A stretch of DNA of 64,000 nt from Lama glama (GCA_028534125.1 CM052817.1:42162001-42226000), one strand, 5' to 3'; numbered from the stretch's first letter, positions 41,495-56,070 are shown. Notes: generated by a model from the sequence alone, not told the origin. Made by a program: numbers and translations.

Positions 41495-42385
41495 GCCTAT
41501 TTTGGTTATCTATTTCTGCATCATAAATTACCCCCAAATTAGGGGTATAAATGGAATTTATTGTTTCTCACAATACTGTGCTTTGAACGGGCAGCTCTTA
41601 GGCTTCCCGGGTTGTCAACCAGGAAGCTGGGATGGCTAGAAGAGTTGAAATGACCTCACTCGCACGGTTGGCAAGTTGGGGCTGGTGTTGGTGCTGGCTC
41701 CAGCTAGTGTCTTGGGACTCAGCTGGGACTGTTGACCAGAGTCTTCATTCTCCTCTGTGTGGCTTTTGCACATGGTTGGGTTGGGCTTCCCCCTCCTAAC
41801 TGTGGTCTCAGGTAGTCTAAGTTTTTATGTGGCAGCTAGCTCCCAAGGGCACAAAGAGGAAACTCCCTTGCCTTTTTAAGGTTTAGACCTGCAACTGGCA
41901 CAGTGATCGTGAAAAACACCCCCAAACTTAGTGTTTTAAACAGCAAGTTTGTTGTCGCTTATAATTCTGTGGGCCAGTGGCTCAGCCTGGAGCTTTCTCT
42001 GCCCCACTTGATGTTACCTGGTGCTGTAGTCACAGTGGCTGGTCGTAGATCCTGGAGCTCAGCTAGAGCTGTTTAGTGGAATAACTTGGTTCTCCTCCGT
42101 GTGATCTCTGCACGGGGCACAGGCTTCTCATAGCATGATGACTGGGTTCTGAGAGAGCATGCCAAGAGCAAGAATTGTAAGAGTAAGGAAGCAAAGTCTC
42201 CAGTTCTCTTAGGGGTTGAACTCATATCTAAGAACATTATTTCTGCCTGATTCTATTGCCACACAGTAATAGGGCTGGGTCAGATTCAAGGGGATAGGGG
42301 ATAAATTCTGTCTCTTGATGGGAGAGGGGCACATAGAGAGTGGGAAGGAATTGATAGAGGCCATATTTAGAGATTATCTACCATA
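41495..42385 (-). mobile_element. Two adjacent or nested MLT1-type MaLR LTRs
   Basis: The LTR-end motif 'ccccaaa(t/c)ttag' occurs twice (about 41532 and 41919); ends with 'ctcttgatgggagaggggca...ggccatattt...ctaccata'. Confidence 0.7.
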
Positions 42386-43721
42386 GTTTGTATGAAAGGA
42401 ATAATGAAATCCCAAAGATGAATTTCAGAAATAAACACACCAGCTTAGAGGGAAAAAAAACTTGTATATAACCAAAGTAACAAATTAGACTGGTAATTCT
42501 GGCAGTATTCTTCAGATTCTCATGTAACCCATAACCCATATCAGTAAATTTTGAATAAGTTTCCTTTACTTTTATTATTTATTTTTAGCCTCTCCCTCTC
42601 ATCCCTCTAATTCATTTGTATAAATTAAAACTATTTCTTTATTAACAACATTTATACATTTGCTTTTACTTTTATTATTTTAACATTGCCATTATTTCCT
42701 TGAGTTAGGTCGGAATAGATCTTGATACATTTCCTTTACCTCCATGATTTTGAATAGTGTTATTGTATTCAAACTCTCAAGGACTTAAGAACAATATGTA
42801 GAAATACTTTGCTAGTACAATATGAGAGTCAAAATTTCATTTATTAAAAATGACTACAGTTTTCCTAAAATATATATATTTTTAATTGGGGCACTACTCA
42901 CATCCTTTCTCCTGTCTCTCTCCTTTAATATCCTCTAATTTGTCTTCTGTCCAGGCACTCACTACCTTCTGAATTCTCAGTGCTGCCAAAGAGCATTATA
43001 TTATAAACATCATAGTAGGCACCTAAGAAATATTTACAGAGTGAGTGAATGCAAAGTCCACTGGAACAGGCATTCTTATTTACTTTTAAGACTATAGAAA
43101 CCGAGCTCCAGGAAACCGCGCAAGTGCTGGCGGTTACACAGTTTAACAGTTGCAGAGTCAAAGTCTCGGTTCATCTTTCATTTGCTCCAACCCCTGAGTC
43201 TTCCTACCTTATCCTCTGTCTTTCCATGTAATTCCTTTCTAGGGCCTTCTCCTCACCAAAGCTTCAGTATAACACTTTCTTTCCTCTTTTCTCTTTCCCT
43301 TTCTCTCCTCCTTTCTGGTCTCTGTATCAAAAATTTTCAACCCTCAATTTGCTGAGTGAGCTCTCTTTGGAATCAAGAAGAAAGGAAACTGGGTGAACGA
43401 AATCCTGCTAACGGGGGAATGACCAGTACCGGCGGTAACGACAGTAGCGACAGCTAACTCAGTGCTTGTTATGTGCCGCCTTGTCCACACAGTGGGCCGT
43501 GGGGTAGGTATTTTCATCCTTGTTCTGTAGATGAGAAAATGAGATAGGGCTTGAAATTAATTTATGTTCTCTCTGACGATAAGCCGTACCATCCCAGAAT
43601 CTGTATTTTACAGTTTAAAAGATTATCCTAGTCACCCCAAAAACCCTTTCGATAGAAAAATTGACAAATTAGGTGAGGAAGAGAGCATTCCAACCACATG
43701 CAAGGTCTGCCAATTAGACTA

Positions 43722-43905
43722 GATCAGAGGTTTTTAGTTCTGGCTGCACATTAGAATATCCTGGGGAATTTCCAAAAAGTTCCCTGACCCGTCACACACC
43801 AAGTAAATTAGAATCTCTTCAGTTAGAGTCCAGAAGAGCTTTTCTTTTTTTTTTTTTTTTAAGCCCCTCAGGTGGTTCCAGTGTGTGGCCAAGGTGGAGT
43901 ACTAC
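43722..43905. mobile_element. MER5A-like hAT-Charlie relic with an internal poly-T expansion
   Basis: 'tggctgcacattagaatatcctggggaa...aagcccctcaggtggttccagtgtgtggccaagg'. Confidence 0.75.
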
Positions 43906-46900
43906 ACAGCATCTTCAGAGATGTGTGTGACAGTAGCCAGGGGCTAAGTGTGAGTCGTTCTGTCACCGCGTAGGATCACGGTATTCACAAGCAGGGGGTG
44001 CTCAGCAGATGTGTGTAGGTAATCTACACACATCCAGACTGGTTGAAATATGGGAAGAGCTTTGAAATCTGGAAAGTTAGGATGAAAAGTTCAAGTACTG
44101 TACAGATGTATAAATGTACATACTTAATCACAAGCAGAAAGTACTTAAAATGATGCCTTAATTATGCTAGTTGGGCAAGTCAGAATTTGTTGCTAACCAT
44201 TTTTCATGCCATTGTTTATAAAATGTATCTTTATCTTAGCTATGACATCATGCACACCTTCCATGATCCCAAATGTCCTACGGATGGAGAAAAGCCATTG
44301 CTGTCGTGCCATGTATGGCAGTTGTAGTTGCCTTGTTTCCTGCCCTTCCCATCTCGTCTTCTTATCCTTCTGCCCTTTTTCTTTCTTCCTTTCCCTACCC
44401 AGCAGAGATAATTGAGAGATACTAACAGAGCTGAAAGTATTCATTTCATAGATGAGAACAAAATGAGTCAGTGTGTTTTTGCCTCCTCCCCTGACCCGTT
44501 CATTCTGTCTTTTCAGTCAGTATAATTATAAAAACAAGAAGAAAGAGCTGATTATAGATTTTGGTTCCCTGATGCTCAACAGCAACAACAACAGCATAAG
44601 CAGACGTTTCATATCCCAGTTTATTTGTATAAATTCTGCCTCTTTTCCAGAAAGTATTTGAAGCTGCACAGAATATGATAACATTACAGAAAATTATTAA
44701 CATATAAAAAGAAAGGTTGAGATCTTTGAAAAGAGAATGTAGCAGTGTGATCACCATATGAACTTACAGAATTTTCTGAATGAGTAAGAAATGTACTGTG
44801 GGGTTCCCGATTGTCAGGGCAAGAAACAGTTTACAGAGTTGTAGCGAGCGCAAGGAGGAAGTGTCTGGTGATTACTCAGGCGTGGCCAAGGAGCTTCTGC
44901 CTTGTGACCTCAGAGGGGACTTGGTGTATCATGACAGCAGCATCCTTGACTACAGCTTCACAACAAATACCAAAGTAGTTCCAGGATTGCTCTGCCTTGT
45001 AGTTGAAGACATAACGTTAAAGCCAAACTCAGTAAAGCTGATCTTCTAAGATGTTGTTGGATTTGAGCTGATTTTTATAACAGAGACAATTTTTCCTCAT
45101 TTATTTTCTATCATTTTACCCCATGAGTTATATGTTTAACCTACTACATAATTCTGTTTTCCTCTAGTTAACCATTTACTAACAGAGAAGTTTAGAACTT
45201 ATTTTTAGTTGCTTGGGGCCCTTCAAAGGCCTGAGATCTGCCCTGTCTTGTTTTGGTTTCCATTTTTTCCCCCGAAGTGACCCTTGTTAATGGAGGAGAG
45301 GCTGACAGATTACGTAGTTACCTTGGAAAGTGAGCAACCAGGACTCACATGTGTTGATGTTAATGGTTGTGGGCAAGGAACACTTTTCCTTCTATGACTG
45401 TGTCACTTTCAAAAGTAATGATGCATCAGAGCAATTTAGAATATTATGGTGGCAGGTATGGGCAGAAAAGCAAGAGGTGCTCTGTTCTTCCAGTGAGATA
45501 AGCTAGCAGAGCCCTACCCTCCCAAAGACTCTGAATCCCGCATTTGGCCAGGCTTTCAGCTTAGAGTCTCCTGCTGGTGTTGTCTGGTCTTCAGAAGTAA
45601 TGGTGAGCTGAATCTGAACTGAACTGAGAAGGCAATTTTTACCATGCAAAATCTGTTTATGTAAAGTTGAATTTCAGTTGTCTTTTTCATTTCTCTTTTG
45701 GCAGCAAACATTAATGCTTGAGGACATGCTGCCACTCATTTCTGGGAAGCATCAAATATTTGGTTTTTATCTGCATTCAGACAGAATTAGTTTCACGTCG
45801 TTTCTGTAGGTATTAAAACATAAATATTTAGATAAAACAAGTTTATAAATTATGTAATTTACTCCATCATCTGTGGAATGATGAATTTTTTTCCTATGGA
45901 GATTGACAAATGTATTGAACACTTACTTTGTAAAAGGCCTTATCATAACTAATAAGTGCAAAGTTGGGGGATACATTATCGATAATAGACATGGTGATAG
46001 GGCACCGTAAACTTCCAGTCTGGTTGAGAAGTGAAAATATTAAATTAAGTTAGTAAAATTATTTTAAAGTAGAAGTCATTGAGAAACAGAATTATTCATT
46101 GTAGTAAAAGTTGAATCTGGATACGGTGGGGCACCTTAGAAAAAAAGAGTAAACTGAAGTTAAAGATAGGTTCAGAATAGGTAGATTTGATACCAAGTAT
46201 TGAAAGAGAAAATCAACATGGATTGGTAGAGATGACTGAATTAGGAAGGAGGAAGATTAGGAACATATTTTGAAAGTTGTCTTGTGTTTCTTTCTGGCAA
46301 CTTCTTGAGATGGAGAACTTGTCTGATAATCATTTTCATTACAATATTAAAATATAAGCATTATGTTACTTTTAAAATGTGAATGAGGCTCTGATGAATG
46401 ACTCATTTATTTCAAGTATTTGAAACACAACTTCACAGCATGACAAAATAAATTTTTTACTATATTTGACATTAGTTTTAATATGTGCATATATATGTAT
46501 GTGTATACATTATTAAATTCTGTAATTTTGTGTGTGATCCCAGTATGTTTCTTGACGTTCAGATAATATATTTTTTATAATTAATCTTTCATCTCTCATC
46601 CTCAGTAGTGTGGGTGTGCTTCATGTTTTATTTAAAACATTATACTTCAGTTTACCATTTCAAGACTTTTTTATTTAGAAAGGTATATTTTTACTTCTAT
46701 TTAAAAACTAAAATTCTGAAAATAATATATTCGGATCTCTCTGTTCTGTTAAATTTAAAATTTTAGAAAGAAAATTTGAATTTGTTTTAGATTGTTTTTG
46801 CAACATTGTTGTATTTATCTCAAGATTCTTGTGGTTTCTTTATTTTTAAAGGGATCTCTAGAACCTGTATTTAAAAAACCTGAAAAATGAGTCTTTTACT

Positions 46901-47636
46901 TACACACACAAAATAACTCATAATATTGTAGTTATACTTCTTTAGACAAATTCCATTGAGATAACTAATTAGTGACAATGAAAAAGATTTTTTTATGGTT
47001 TTCCTTTATTTTGTCTCTCTCAAGAATCCATTATCATCCATCCATCCATCCAGTCATTTATTCTCCCATTTGTTCATCATATATGTATTAAGTATCTACA
47101 ATATTCAAGAGAATGAGCTGGTGTTTGGATGGGTGAGAAAATGACTCTGGTAGACAAAAGTAGGAAATATTCATTTCCATAAGTATGGGTTCAGTAATGT
47201 GCTTTTAGGAATTTCCAGATAACAAAGAAAATTTCCAACTTCTAGGGAGGTGGGGTGAGTGATTCAGAAATATTTTTTCACTTAAGCTGACTCACTCAAT
47301 CCTTTTTTTTGGATGAAGGAAAATGTTTTACTCCTTAGCATTTAATAAAACAAATATGATAGAAATCTGTTGTCATATCAAAATGCCTAGAATATGCCTG
47401 GATTTTTCAAGACATTTCATATTGTCAGTACTTTTATTTTTTGCAGTTCAAATACAGATATTACTAAATACTCCTTAACATGACAGAGAGTGTGAGGCGC
47501 TATCTGCCCTCAAAGCCCAAGTTTTTTCCTTTACTAAAGAAACCTTACTTGCAAAACTGCCACTTTTTTGGAGAAGTGTTTATTGTGATCCTTGCTTGTT
47601 TTTCTTTTGCTTCATTTTTTAATATATTATTTTCAG

Positions 47637-47718
47637 GGGCAAAATCAGTGAAGGCTTGGACAATTTAAAACGTGTTAGTCCTGTGGGAGAGACATACATC
47701 CATGAAGGACTAAAGCTG
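47637..47718 (+). CDS. ANTXR2: ANTXR2 coding exon 4
   Basis: Acceptor ttattttcag|G; translates (R)[27 protein letters not shown], including MIDAS T118; donor CTG|gtaagt; 82 nt. Confidence 0.96.
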
Positions 47719-48210
47719 GTAAGTTCTTTTACATTTATGAGTATAGGAGAGAATATTTTCTTACTCTGTAATGAAATAAATATACCCCTCTAGAAAAACT
47801 CAAAGACCCTATTACATGTTTATCTTAAAATTTAAAAAAAATGCTCTTAGTTGTTCTAGGAATGAGACTGACAGGAAACATTTACTGTGGTGATAAGAAA
47901 AGTTTTGATAGCATCTTGCCTTTTAAGGAAATTCCCCTTTTCTCTGCAGCTGTATTCAGAGAACCACCTTTTCTCTGTGATTATGGTCGACCAAGGCTTA
48001 AAAGCCTGTATCATTTAAACCAAATAGTTACTGTTCTAGAATGTCAATATATGTATATTTCAAATTAAAATAGTTAACACAAAATACCCTGTTTTAAAAG
48101 CCAGTTCAATATATTTTGACTTTGCTAGACTTACAAATTCAGCTTGGTGGAACATGCTGGTTAAAAGTTAAGATTAACTTGTGAGTTGGACAATTATTCT
48201 TCCTTTTCAG

Positions 48211-48318
48211 GCAAATGAACAAATTGAGAAAGCGGGAGGCTTAAAGACCTCCAGTATTATAATTGCTCTGACAGATGGTAAGTTGGACGGTCTGGTGCCA
48301 TCGTATGCAGAGAAAGAG
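48211..48318 (+). CDS. ANTXR2: ANTXR2 coding exon 5
   Basis: Acceptor tccttttcag|; translates [36 protein letters not shown], including MIDAS D148; donor GAG|gtgagt; 108 nt. Confidence 0.97.
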
Positions 48319-48443
48319 GTGAGTGTTGAACTGAAACTGTTCTTTCCACCCCAGTGTGCTTTGCTGTATGTCTCTGCATGGATAGCCTGATCTTTGAATA
48401 ATTCACCTCTCTGTCTCCCTCTCTCTGTCTCTCCCTCTATTAG

Positions 48444-48512
48444 GCAAAGATATCCAGGTCACTTGGGGCTAGAGTTTATTGTGTTGGTGTCCTTGACTTT
48501 GAACAAGCTCAG
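48444..48512 (+). CDS. ANTXR2: ANTXR2 coding exon 6
   Basis: CT-rich tract then ctattag|; translates AKISRSLGARVYCVGVLDFEQAQ; donor CAG|gtaagt; 69 nt; follows a 125-nt intron. Confidence 0.96.
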
Positions 48513-49283
48513 GTAAGTACATCAGATCTGTGAACTTTAATCTCAGCCAAATAATTGTCTTGAGGAGAGCTTATCAGATTTTTTTTCACTGATGACTTAT
48601 GATGACAGTAATCAGTAGTTATAGATTTCTCTATAAAAATGGCCAGATGTCTTGAGCTCTATGTTTATAGTGTTTGATTTCCTTACTGAAAACAAAACTT
48701 TAATTTTCTTGAGCGTTTATTTGGTTTGAAGTAATTAATATAGGAAAAACTTTTGGATTAAAATAATAGGAATACTCCTCTTCTTTGACTCAACTGACAA
48801 GATTATCATGACAAGTCTTGTTTACGTGTTTTAGTTTGATTGCAAACTCCACTCTTAGGAGTGCAGGGATTTGGGAAGTCTGTGCGTGTAGAAATCTTTA
48901 ACAATTTTCCTTACAAAAACCAGTTTTTTTCATGAAGTTTCGAGGGCTTACACATTACAAATTTTTTTCCACTGACAATGTGATTTTACATTTAAATGCT
49001 TGGTTAAGTACACCTGAGATTCTCGAGTCTCATGACATTTACAGCTAGTAGAACTCTGCTGTTTCGAAGTTGAAACTCAAGGCCATTGTAAAGGACCCTG
49101 ATCTCAGTGCATTTTGTTGTGATACACTTAGAGTAACACTAGTACCGTCACCTGCAATTCCCGACAGTGAAGTAATCCTCTGCTGTAATTTTTCAGATGC
49201 ACATTAACTGAAACATAATGAAGTGTAAAAAGTGTTGTATGTCTCAACCACCCCGTAATTAAATTTTCCTCCTTTTTCTAAAG

Positions 49284-49364
49284 CTCGAAAGAATTGCTGA
49301 TTCCAAGGAACAAGTTTTCCCCGTCAAAGGTGGATTTCAAGCTCTTAAAGGAATAATTAATTCT
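49284..49364 (+). CDS. ANTXR2: ANTXR2 coding exon 7
   Basis: Acceptor cctttttctaaag|; translates [27 protein letters not shown]; donor TCT|gtgagt; 81 nt. Exons 1-7 total 636 nt, in frame. Confidence 0.96.
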
Positions 49365-52139
49365 GTGAGTATTTCTCCGCAGAAAGGAGAGGCTCATAAT
49401 TGTAGGTATATTTTAAATGTAAGAAGTAATCTTGATATCCAGTTCAGTTGGTCATTATCTTGAACAAAGAGAGTAAGAAGGAAGTTTGATGTTGCAAACG
49501 CAGGGAAATTCTAAAGATCTGGATCTTGTTTGTAAGTGAGATTTGGTATTAATTCTTGCAAATTGAGCTCTGTGAGCCTGGGTTTGTGATTTCAAGTTTA
49601 AGATTTTCATAAATAGTCCCAGAGCACCCTTGGAGCATGGAGTTCCTCACCGTCTTGATATCTTGAAAGTTTTATAGGCTTTATAGAAGTGTAAAATAAA
49701 ATTTTGGATTGGAATGTGTGATTACTTCCTCCTCCAAATATGGTATGTCTTAGCTATCAGTCAGGCAACTGGAACCAGCGGCCGAGGATTTCACTGCTGT
49801 TGTTGTTCTTTCCATTTCAATGATTAATGGGTTCACTGGAGCTCGTAATATTTCTGTTTGGAATTCAGTTGAGCCGTCTCTGGTGATCATTAGAACCGGG
49901 GCCACCCTAAACGGGGTCTGGGGAAGTGGAGTGATGAAATGCAAAGCAAAGCTCCTAGGGCTTCGCAGCTGAAGTTTATGTTTCGTTTTACTGCCTTTTG
50001 CTAGAAGCACTAGGAACAGTTGCTATTAAGTATTTATGATATTTTGGTAAACAACATTCTAAAATGGAAGTGAATAATATATATTCTCTAAGCCAAAGCT
50101 TTTCCTTTAATCTTTAGATATTTTTGAAGGAAAAAAAAATCTCGGTTTTTTTCTGACATTTGGTTCTGGCATTTACAATTTTTTTTAAAGATCAAGTTTT
50201 TTTCAGAAATAGTGAGATTTATTGAATTTATTTTTGGGAGCCTGTAGGCTTTTCTCCCCCCCATAATAAGTGGAGCTTTTTAGAGGAAACATACGATTTG
50301 GTTCTATCCCATATTAGTATGACTAGTGGACAGGCCAAGTGTAAGTGCAGAATGCAAAAGAGATTCAATTATTTTAGGAGTTTACATATGTGTTTAATTT
50401 TAAGAAAAATTTTCAATGTAAGAAATAGTAAATACTTTTATGGCTAGATTCATGATATATAGTCTACAACTGTGATTGGCTTTAAAATATTAAAAAATGG
50501 ATTGACAATGCAAATGGAAGTATCATTTGACCTTATAAATAAATCAGTGTATTGTATTTTAAATAGAATTTTACTATACTTGTGAATTTGCAATTATTTT
50601 TATAATTAATACTGGGGAGGAGAAAAGACCTCTGTGGGTTTTTCCCTTGGGGAATTTTGAAAACTCTCTTTTTGTGGGTTATGACGACAGATTTCTCTTT
50701 CAAGGTACTAGTAGTTGACTATCAGAGGAGATAAAGTTGTTGTTGTTTTATTAAATTCATTTGTTAAAGTTCATGGTTTAAATTTGTATTAGAGAAACTT
50801 CAGAATGGAATTTCTAACTACAGTGTTTCTTGCCTGAAGTTCTTGATGGACTTTAGCTCAAGTGAGTTACGTTGAAAGATTTAGCATGGAATTAGAGAGA
50901 ACTGGGTTATTTCAGCCACAAATTATGAATGAAGCCTCTTGAGTTTCCTCTGGAGGTGGCTGATGGGTATAGCTATCATCTCATTGTAATTAAACTTCAG
51001 CTATTTTGTCACAAATGGAGGAGTAAATGATCCTCAGGGAAGCCAGCCTCTGGGGAAGCCCTGGCAGTAACTTGGCAGAGGTGGCAGGTAGACAAACGGA
51101 GCCATTACAGTCAAAGCTGATCCCACTAATCGCTGAGATTTTTGTCAACATGATGCTAGTTTAGGATTTCTGCCCACTTTGTAGAAATTTAAGGCCATTC
51201 AAACACTTTAGCTCTTTTCAAGGCAGAGATTGCTCCACCTCTGATAATATACAAAAAGTATACTTCTGCCTCAAATTTGAATTACCCCTTATACTTACAA
51301 ATTATATTTTAAAAATTATATTTGATACTTAAAACAAATATAGCATATCTATTTCAGGGTAAGGGCAGACAGAAGAGAATATCTCTCTGTTCTTTAGGGT
51401 TTACCAAACTAATGGATAAAATTGTACTGTGGAATGTATGTACACAAAACTAAGCCAATGGAAGAAAACAGAAAATTTAAGTCTTTCAAGATATTTGGTA
51501 CTCTGAAGGCAAAAATATTTGCTAAATAGATTACAGATTTATTTTTCTTGATAGGAGTCATTTAAGTACATCTGGCCTTATTAATTGTCAGTGCATTCAT
51601 TTCCTTGAAGTTAATCTTTAATTGAGAAAAACTGATAATGTGATTTTCTTACTTCCGTTGTCCTTCCTTCCCTGCCCACCAAAATCCAGTGACCTAGATG
51701 GTTCGGTCCCCTTGTTTTATAAGATAGCAAGTTTTGTTAAGACATGGTTTGTCTAGACTCAGCTTCTTAATCAGCAAAGATTGGAATTTAATTTTGGAGC
51801 CTCTTTTTATCACAGTTAGAAACACTAAGTAGTCCTGTCTTTTACAACTTCAAAAGCAAGGGACCTGAAAGGGCCTTTGTTATGAACATTTTGCATGTTA
51901 ACAGTTTAGTGCCTTTTCTAAAATTTATTTGATTCAGAAAATCACATTACTGTTCTATTTTAATTTGGAAGGAATGTATCATTTCAAAAATTTTTAGATT
52001 TCTATCCAGGCAAACAGGATAAATAACATTTTTTGCACTATTGGTTTAACCTCCACTCTTAATTAGCACATTTGAAGGTTTAGAATTCATTATCGTCATC
52101 ATGTAGGTACTAGTGAAAACCTTTTCCTCTTTTCCCATT

Positions 52140-53000
52140 ATCTAATGTATTCTTTCACCTACTCATTTATTGAGCTCTTACTATGCTTAGGGCATTGTGT
52201 TAAGCTTGAAAGAGAAGACTTAAATAAGACAAATTCTCTGTTATAAAGCAACTCGAAAATGACAATTTAAGGTTTGGAATGTGGTGGTGCCCTGCAAGAA
52301 TTACAAAGTGTGGGAATTTGGGAAAGGGAAATTTCCATGCGTCACCCTATGTAATAAAAAGAAATCCTACAATGCAATTTGTGTTACAATGCCAATACGG
52401 CTAGAGTAAAGTTGACAGAAGGGTGGAATAATTTGGTCATGTGAGGCTTTGACAATGAGAGTAAGTATAATTAGAAACAAGAAACACAGAACTTCAGAAA
52501 CAGCCTGGGCTGAGTGGCTGAGGCACCGGAGTATTTGGTTTCGATTATGGAGCTATCATGGGGGATAAACATTGACAGGCAGGCTGGACCCAGATTATGG
52601 AGACTCAAATGTTTAGATGGTGAATTGGCCCTTATTGCATAAATAATTGGGGAAGCGTGGAAGATAAATTTAGAGCATGAGATTTATATGATAGCAGTGA
52701 ACGTTCAGGAAGAATAATCTTTGGGTAATGTGTAGGGTGATTTGGAAGATAGAAAGCTGTGTTACGTCTCTTGCAATAGTGCTTGTGAGACACGGTACAA
52801 AGAAGCCTAATATAGTGAAGACAATATGCGATTGGGAGTAGGAAGACCTGCGTGCTCTGCCACAGCCTAGCCTCGTGACCTTGTATAGTCCTGTAATGTA
52901 ATCTCTCTGAGTTAAAATTTTCATCAGTCAGTGCGGATAATGATACCTATTTCATTGGGTTGTTTTGTGATTTAAGTGAGACAATGATTAAGAATGATCT
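52140..53000. mobile_element. L2 relics followed by a MIR
   Basis: 'ctcatttattgagctcttactatgcttagggcattgtgttaag' (L2 end) and 'gtgaccttg...taatctctctgag...ttttcatc' (MIR). Confidence 0.6.
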
Positions 53001-55499
53001 AACTCAAAAGAGGTGGGCTTTAAAGCCTGTGGTGGGAAGCTGGGAACGGCAGGAAGCTGGGACCATGTGGGGTGGGGTTATTGATTCTTCAGGACGGCAG
53101 TCCACTGAGAGAGATGGCCAGCATTCTAAACAATCAATGACTTAGGTCTAAAGGGGGATGGTATTGATATGTGCAAGGATCACATCTAGTAGGTGGGTCA
53201 TAACAAGGATGTCTAGATGGTGTAGCCACGCAGAGTCAAGTATCTGACTGTGCCCTGGTTCCAAATCCTCGGGAATCGGGACTCGGACGAAGCCAATAAC
53301 TAGAAAAGGAGATTCAGTATTCTCTTGACAAAAGCTATGTAGAATTTCAGGAACCTCCATTCTGAAAAGAGCCACAATTTTTGTGGGGGAAGTTGTGGTG
53401 CTAATTAGCAATTCATAGTAGTAATATTACCCTGTTAGGAAGGAAACTAAATCTCCCAGTGGACCATAGTTCCTAAGGGCTTATTTCAGGCCCTGGGATC
53501 CTTCACAATAAAACTAGGTCAAGGACCGCAAGGGAAGCACCCAATAAACTCTCTGCCCTGGTCAGAATTGTGTCAGGAGCAGAGTGGGGCTGAACGTCCC
53601 TGTGTAAAATCGTTTGCTCGTGCTAAGTGGAGCTCTGGAGGCTCTGGCAAATATTGCTGTTGTTATCATTGTGGTGGCAGGGAAACTGGAAATAAAAAGG
53701 TAAATGTGGGAAGCTTTAAAAAATTAACAGAACCGGGGGCTCACTAGATAGAGGATGTAACGGGCAGAGAGAGGAACCAAATGTGACTTGGGCCCTCCAC
53801 CCCTGGCTCGTGTGAGTACCTAGAAGCATTGCAAGTGAAGTCTGTTCTCACAGAGGGTCTGGAGTGTGAGAGGACAACATGAAACTGGGCAGAAGGGCAG
53901 AGAGAAGCTGAATGGGCCTGGGAAGAAACCTCGCTGGAGGATGTCTCTTAGGGAAGTGGAAGTCCAGGGAAATGTTCCGGGAAACCTGCGGCATTCGGTC
54001 ATTCTTCCTCTTGTTTTTTCTCTGCTCTCCCGTTGTTCACAAACAGAAGGATATAGTTCTTCTATTTTCCACTTTACATTGTTTTTAAGATCTTAGGATG
54101 TTAGTTATTTTTGGTTTCTTGGAAAAGTGATTGTAGGACTTTCATTTGAAAATAAAATTTTGTTCAGACAAGGATAGGTCAGACTGACCTGTGAATGGCA
54201 CACGGTTTCTAGTGCAGTGTTTCAGAGTGCAGTCCTGTAGAAGAGGACATTAAAGAGAAAACAAAGCCTGATTAGCGAATAAAGGGAAAGAATAAAAATC
54301 AAAATGATCTGTGGCCTCCTTCCCTCTTTTTTAAAAAAAAATACAAAGGCATGAGATATTTTACTCTTTGCAATTATTTCCGTAATTTTTATTTTTTTGC
54401 TGAAGTGAAACACTTCAGAAAGTGTTAAGCACAAGAGATAAATGAGTTGTGAAGCTGAGTTTATAAATAACCCTGATCCAAAAGAATTAAGAACACTGCA
54501 TCTGAGGTGATGGCAGCAAGTGCCAGAGTTTCTAAGTACCTAATAGAGAAGTAGAGAAACATAAATAGGAAAGCAATGGTCACTCATACGTGTGGGAAAT
54601 TTAAATAAAACTGTGGTAGATTGTTTATAAAGGGAAACAGTGCAATATACATTTCACAAAATACCTTTATTTGTAGTGCTGGAAATACAAGCTTCATTTG
54701 ACCTTTGGAGCCAAGATGTTTTTTCTCAGTAACGTCTATTATTATTAATGATAATATGTTATTATTGTTTTTAAAAGTGTTGAAGAAAGGTGTCTAAACA
54801 GTATTTTAATGGATTGAGAAGACATTGCAAAATTATTTTCTCTACCGGAAAACCGTTTTCGTAGAGGAAGGTGGTATCTAATAAACATTCTGATAAGACC
54901 TTAGCTTAACTGCTTTCAGCAGGTTCTGCTATGAATGTTGACTGCCTCATTGTGGAAATCTCTATAAAGTCATGGTTTGATGAAAAACCGAAAGTCTGAG
55001 CTAACTATAAAGATATATTCACAGGGAAAGAAGAAAAACCAAACTGATACAACTTACTCAAATTGGAAATCAGTTTCTAGGACTCCTTTTAAAAAGGACT
55101 GGCTATGATGTGAGGCTCATTGTATGTCAGATTCTTCTGAGCTTCTATTTATCCAAGGACCTTTAGTACTGAATACAGATGAGCTGTCCCTGATAACATC
55201 TTTCACATTAATGGTAGGAAGGTTGGGACCCTATTTCTCCCCCTCCTCCTTTTTTTTGCCCAGTGCTTAATATAGCATTGGATAAGTAGTCATTGTTTAG
55301 TTCATATTAATCAATAAATGGATACATAAAATCCATGCTTCTTGAAAATATTTTTATATTTTTATAATATATTTATGGTGTAGTGAAGCATTAAAAAAAT
55401 CAAATCATTTTTTTGTTTGTTTTTGCCAGAAAATCTTTATTTTGGATTGACTTCTGATTCTGTATTACTTTGATTTCATCCTCTTTATTTATATTCCAC

Positions 55500-56070
55500 T
55501 GTATTAAGACTTTTGGTTACAAATGACAAAAACCAAGTTCATAGTAGTTTAAGGGGGAAGAAGTTATTGGCTTTTACAGCTAACTGGATGGTCCAGAGGA
55601 GGAAATTGCCTCAGGTACAGTTAGACTCAGGGAATTAATCTGTGTTCTTAGGGTCTTCTCTCTTTGTAGGTTTTGCCTGTATTTCTGTTTGCCTCATTCT
55701 CTCTTTATTCAGATAAGTGTCAAATGAAAGTAATTACCAAGGGTTTCAGCTTACATGGGGCTCAACTAGCAAGCCCTTTGGAAAGAGAGACCTGTTGTCT
55801 CTGGGCATTGGTATGCTTGGTACTAGTTAAAGACTCTGATTTACTCCCTTGGGTCAAGTGCTCATTCCTGTAGCAATTACAGTCAACAAACATATTTGGA
55901 CCAGCCTGGGTAACATGCCCACCCCCATGATGAAAGATTGGGAGCAAGCTGGAGAGGGAGACGGTATCATGATTGATAGCCTCACCAGGACTCCATGGAG
56001 TGGAGAACAATTTCCCCAATAGAAAGGGAACACTGTTCACAGGTGTGTAAGGATGAAAAACTGTTCTGGG
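55500..56070 (-). mobile_element. Old MLT1-type MaLR LTR
   Basis: 'gtattaagacttttggttacaaatgacaaaaacc...ctctgattt...cttgggtcaagtgctcattcctg'. Confidence 0.6.

Noticed and set aside
48319..48390. Read-through of exon 5 into the 125-nt intron 5 as a secreted isoform
   Set aside because: It would truncate the vWA fold and carry a premature stop; an open 23 codons is the only support.
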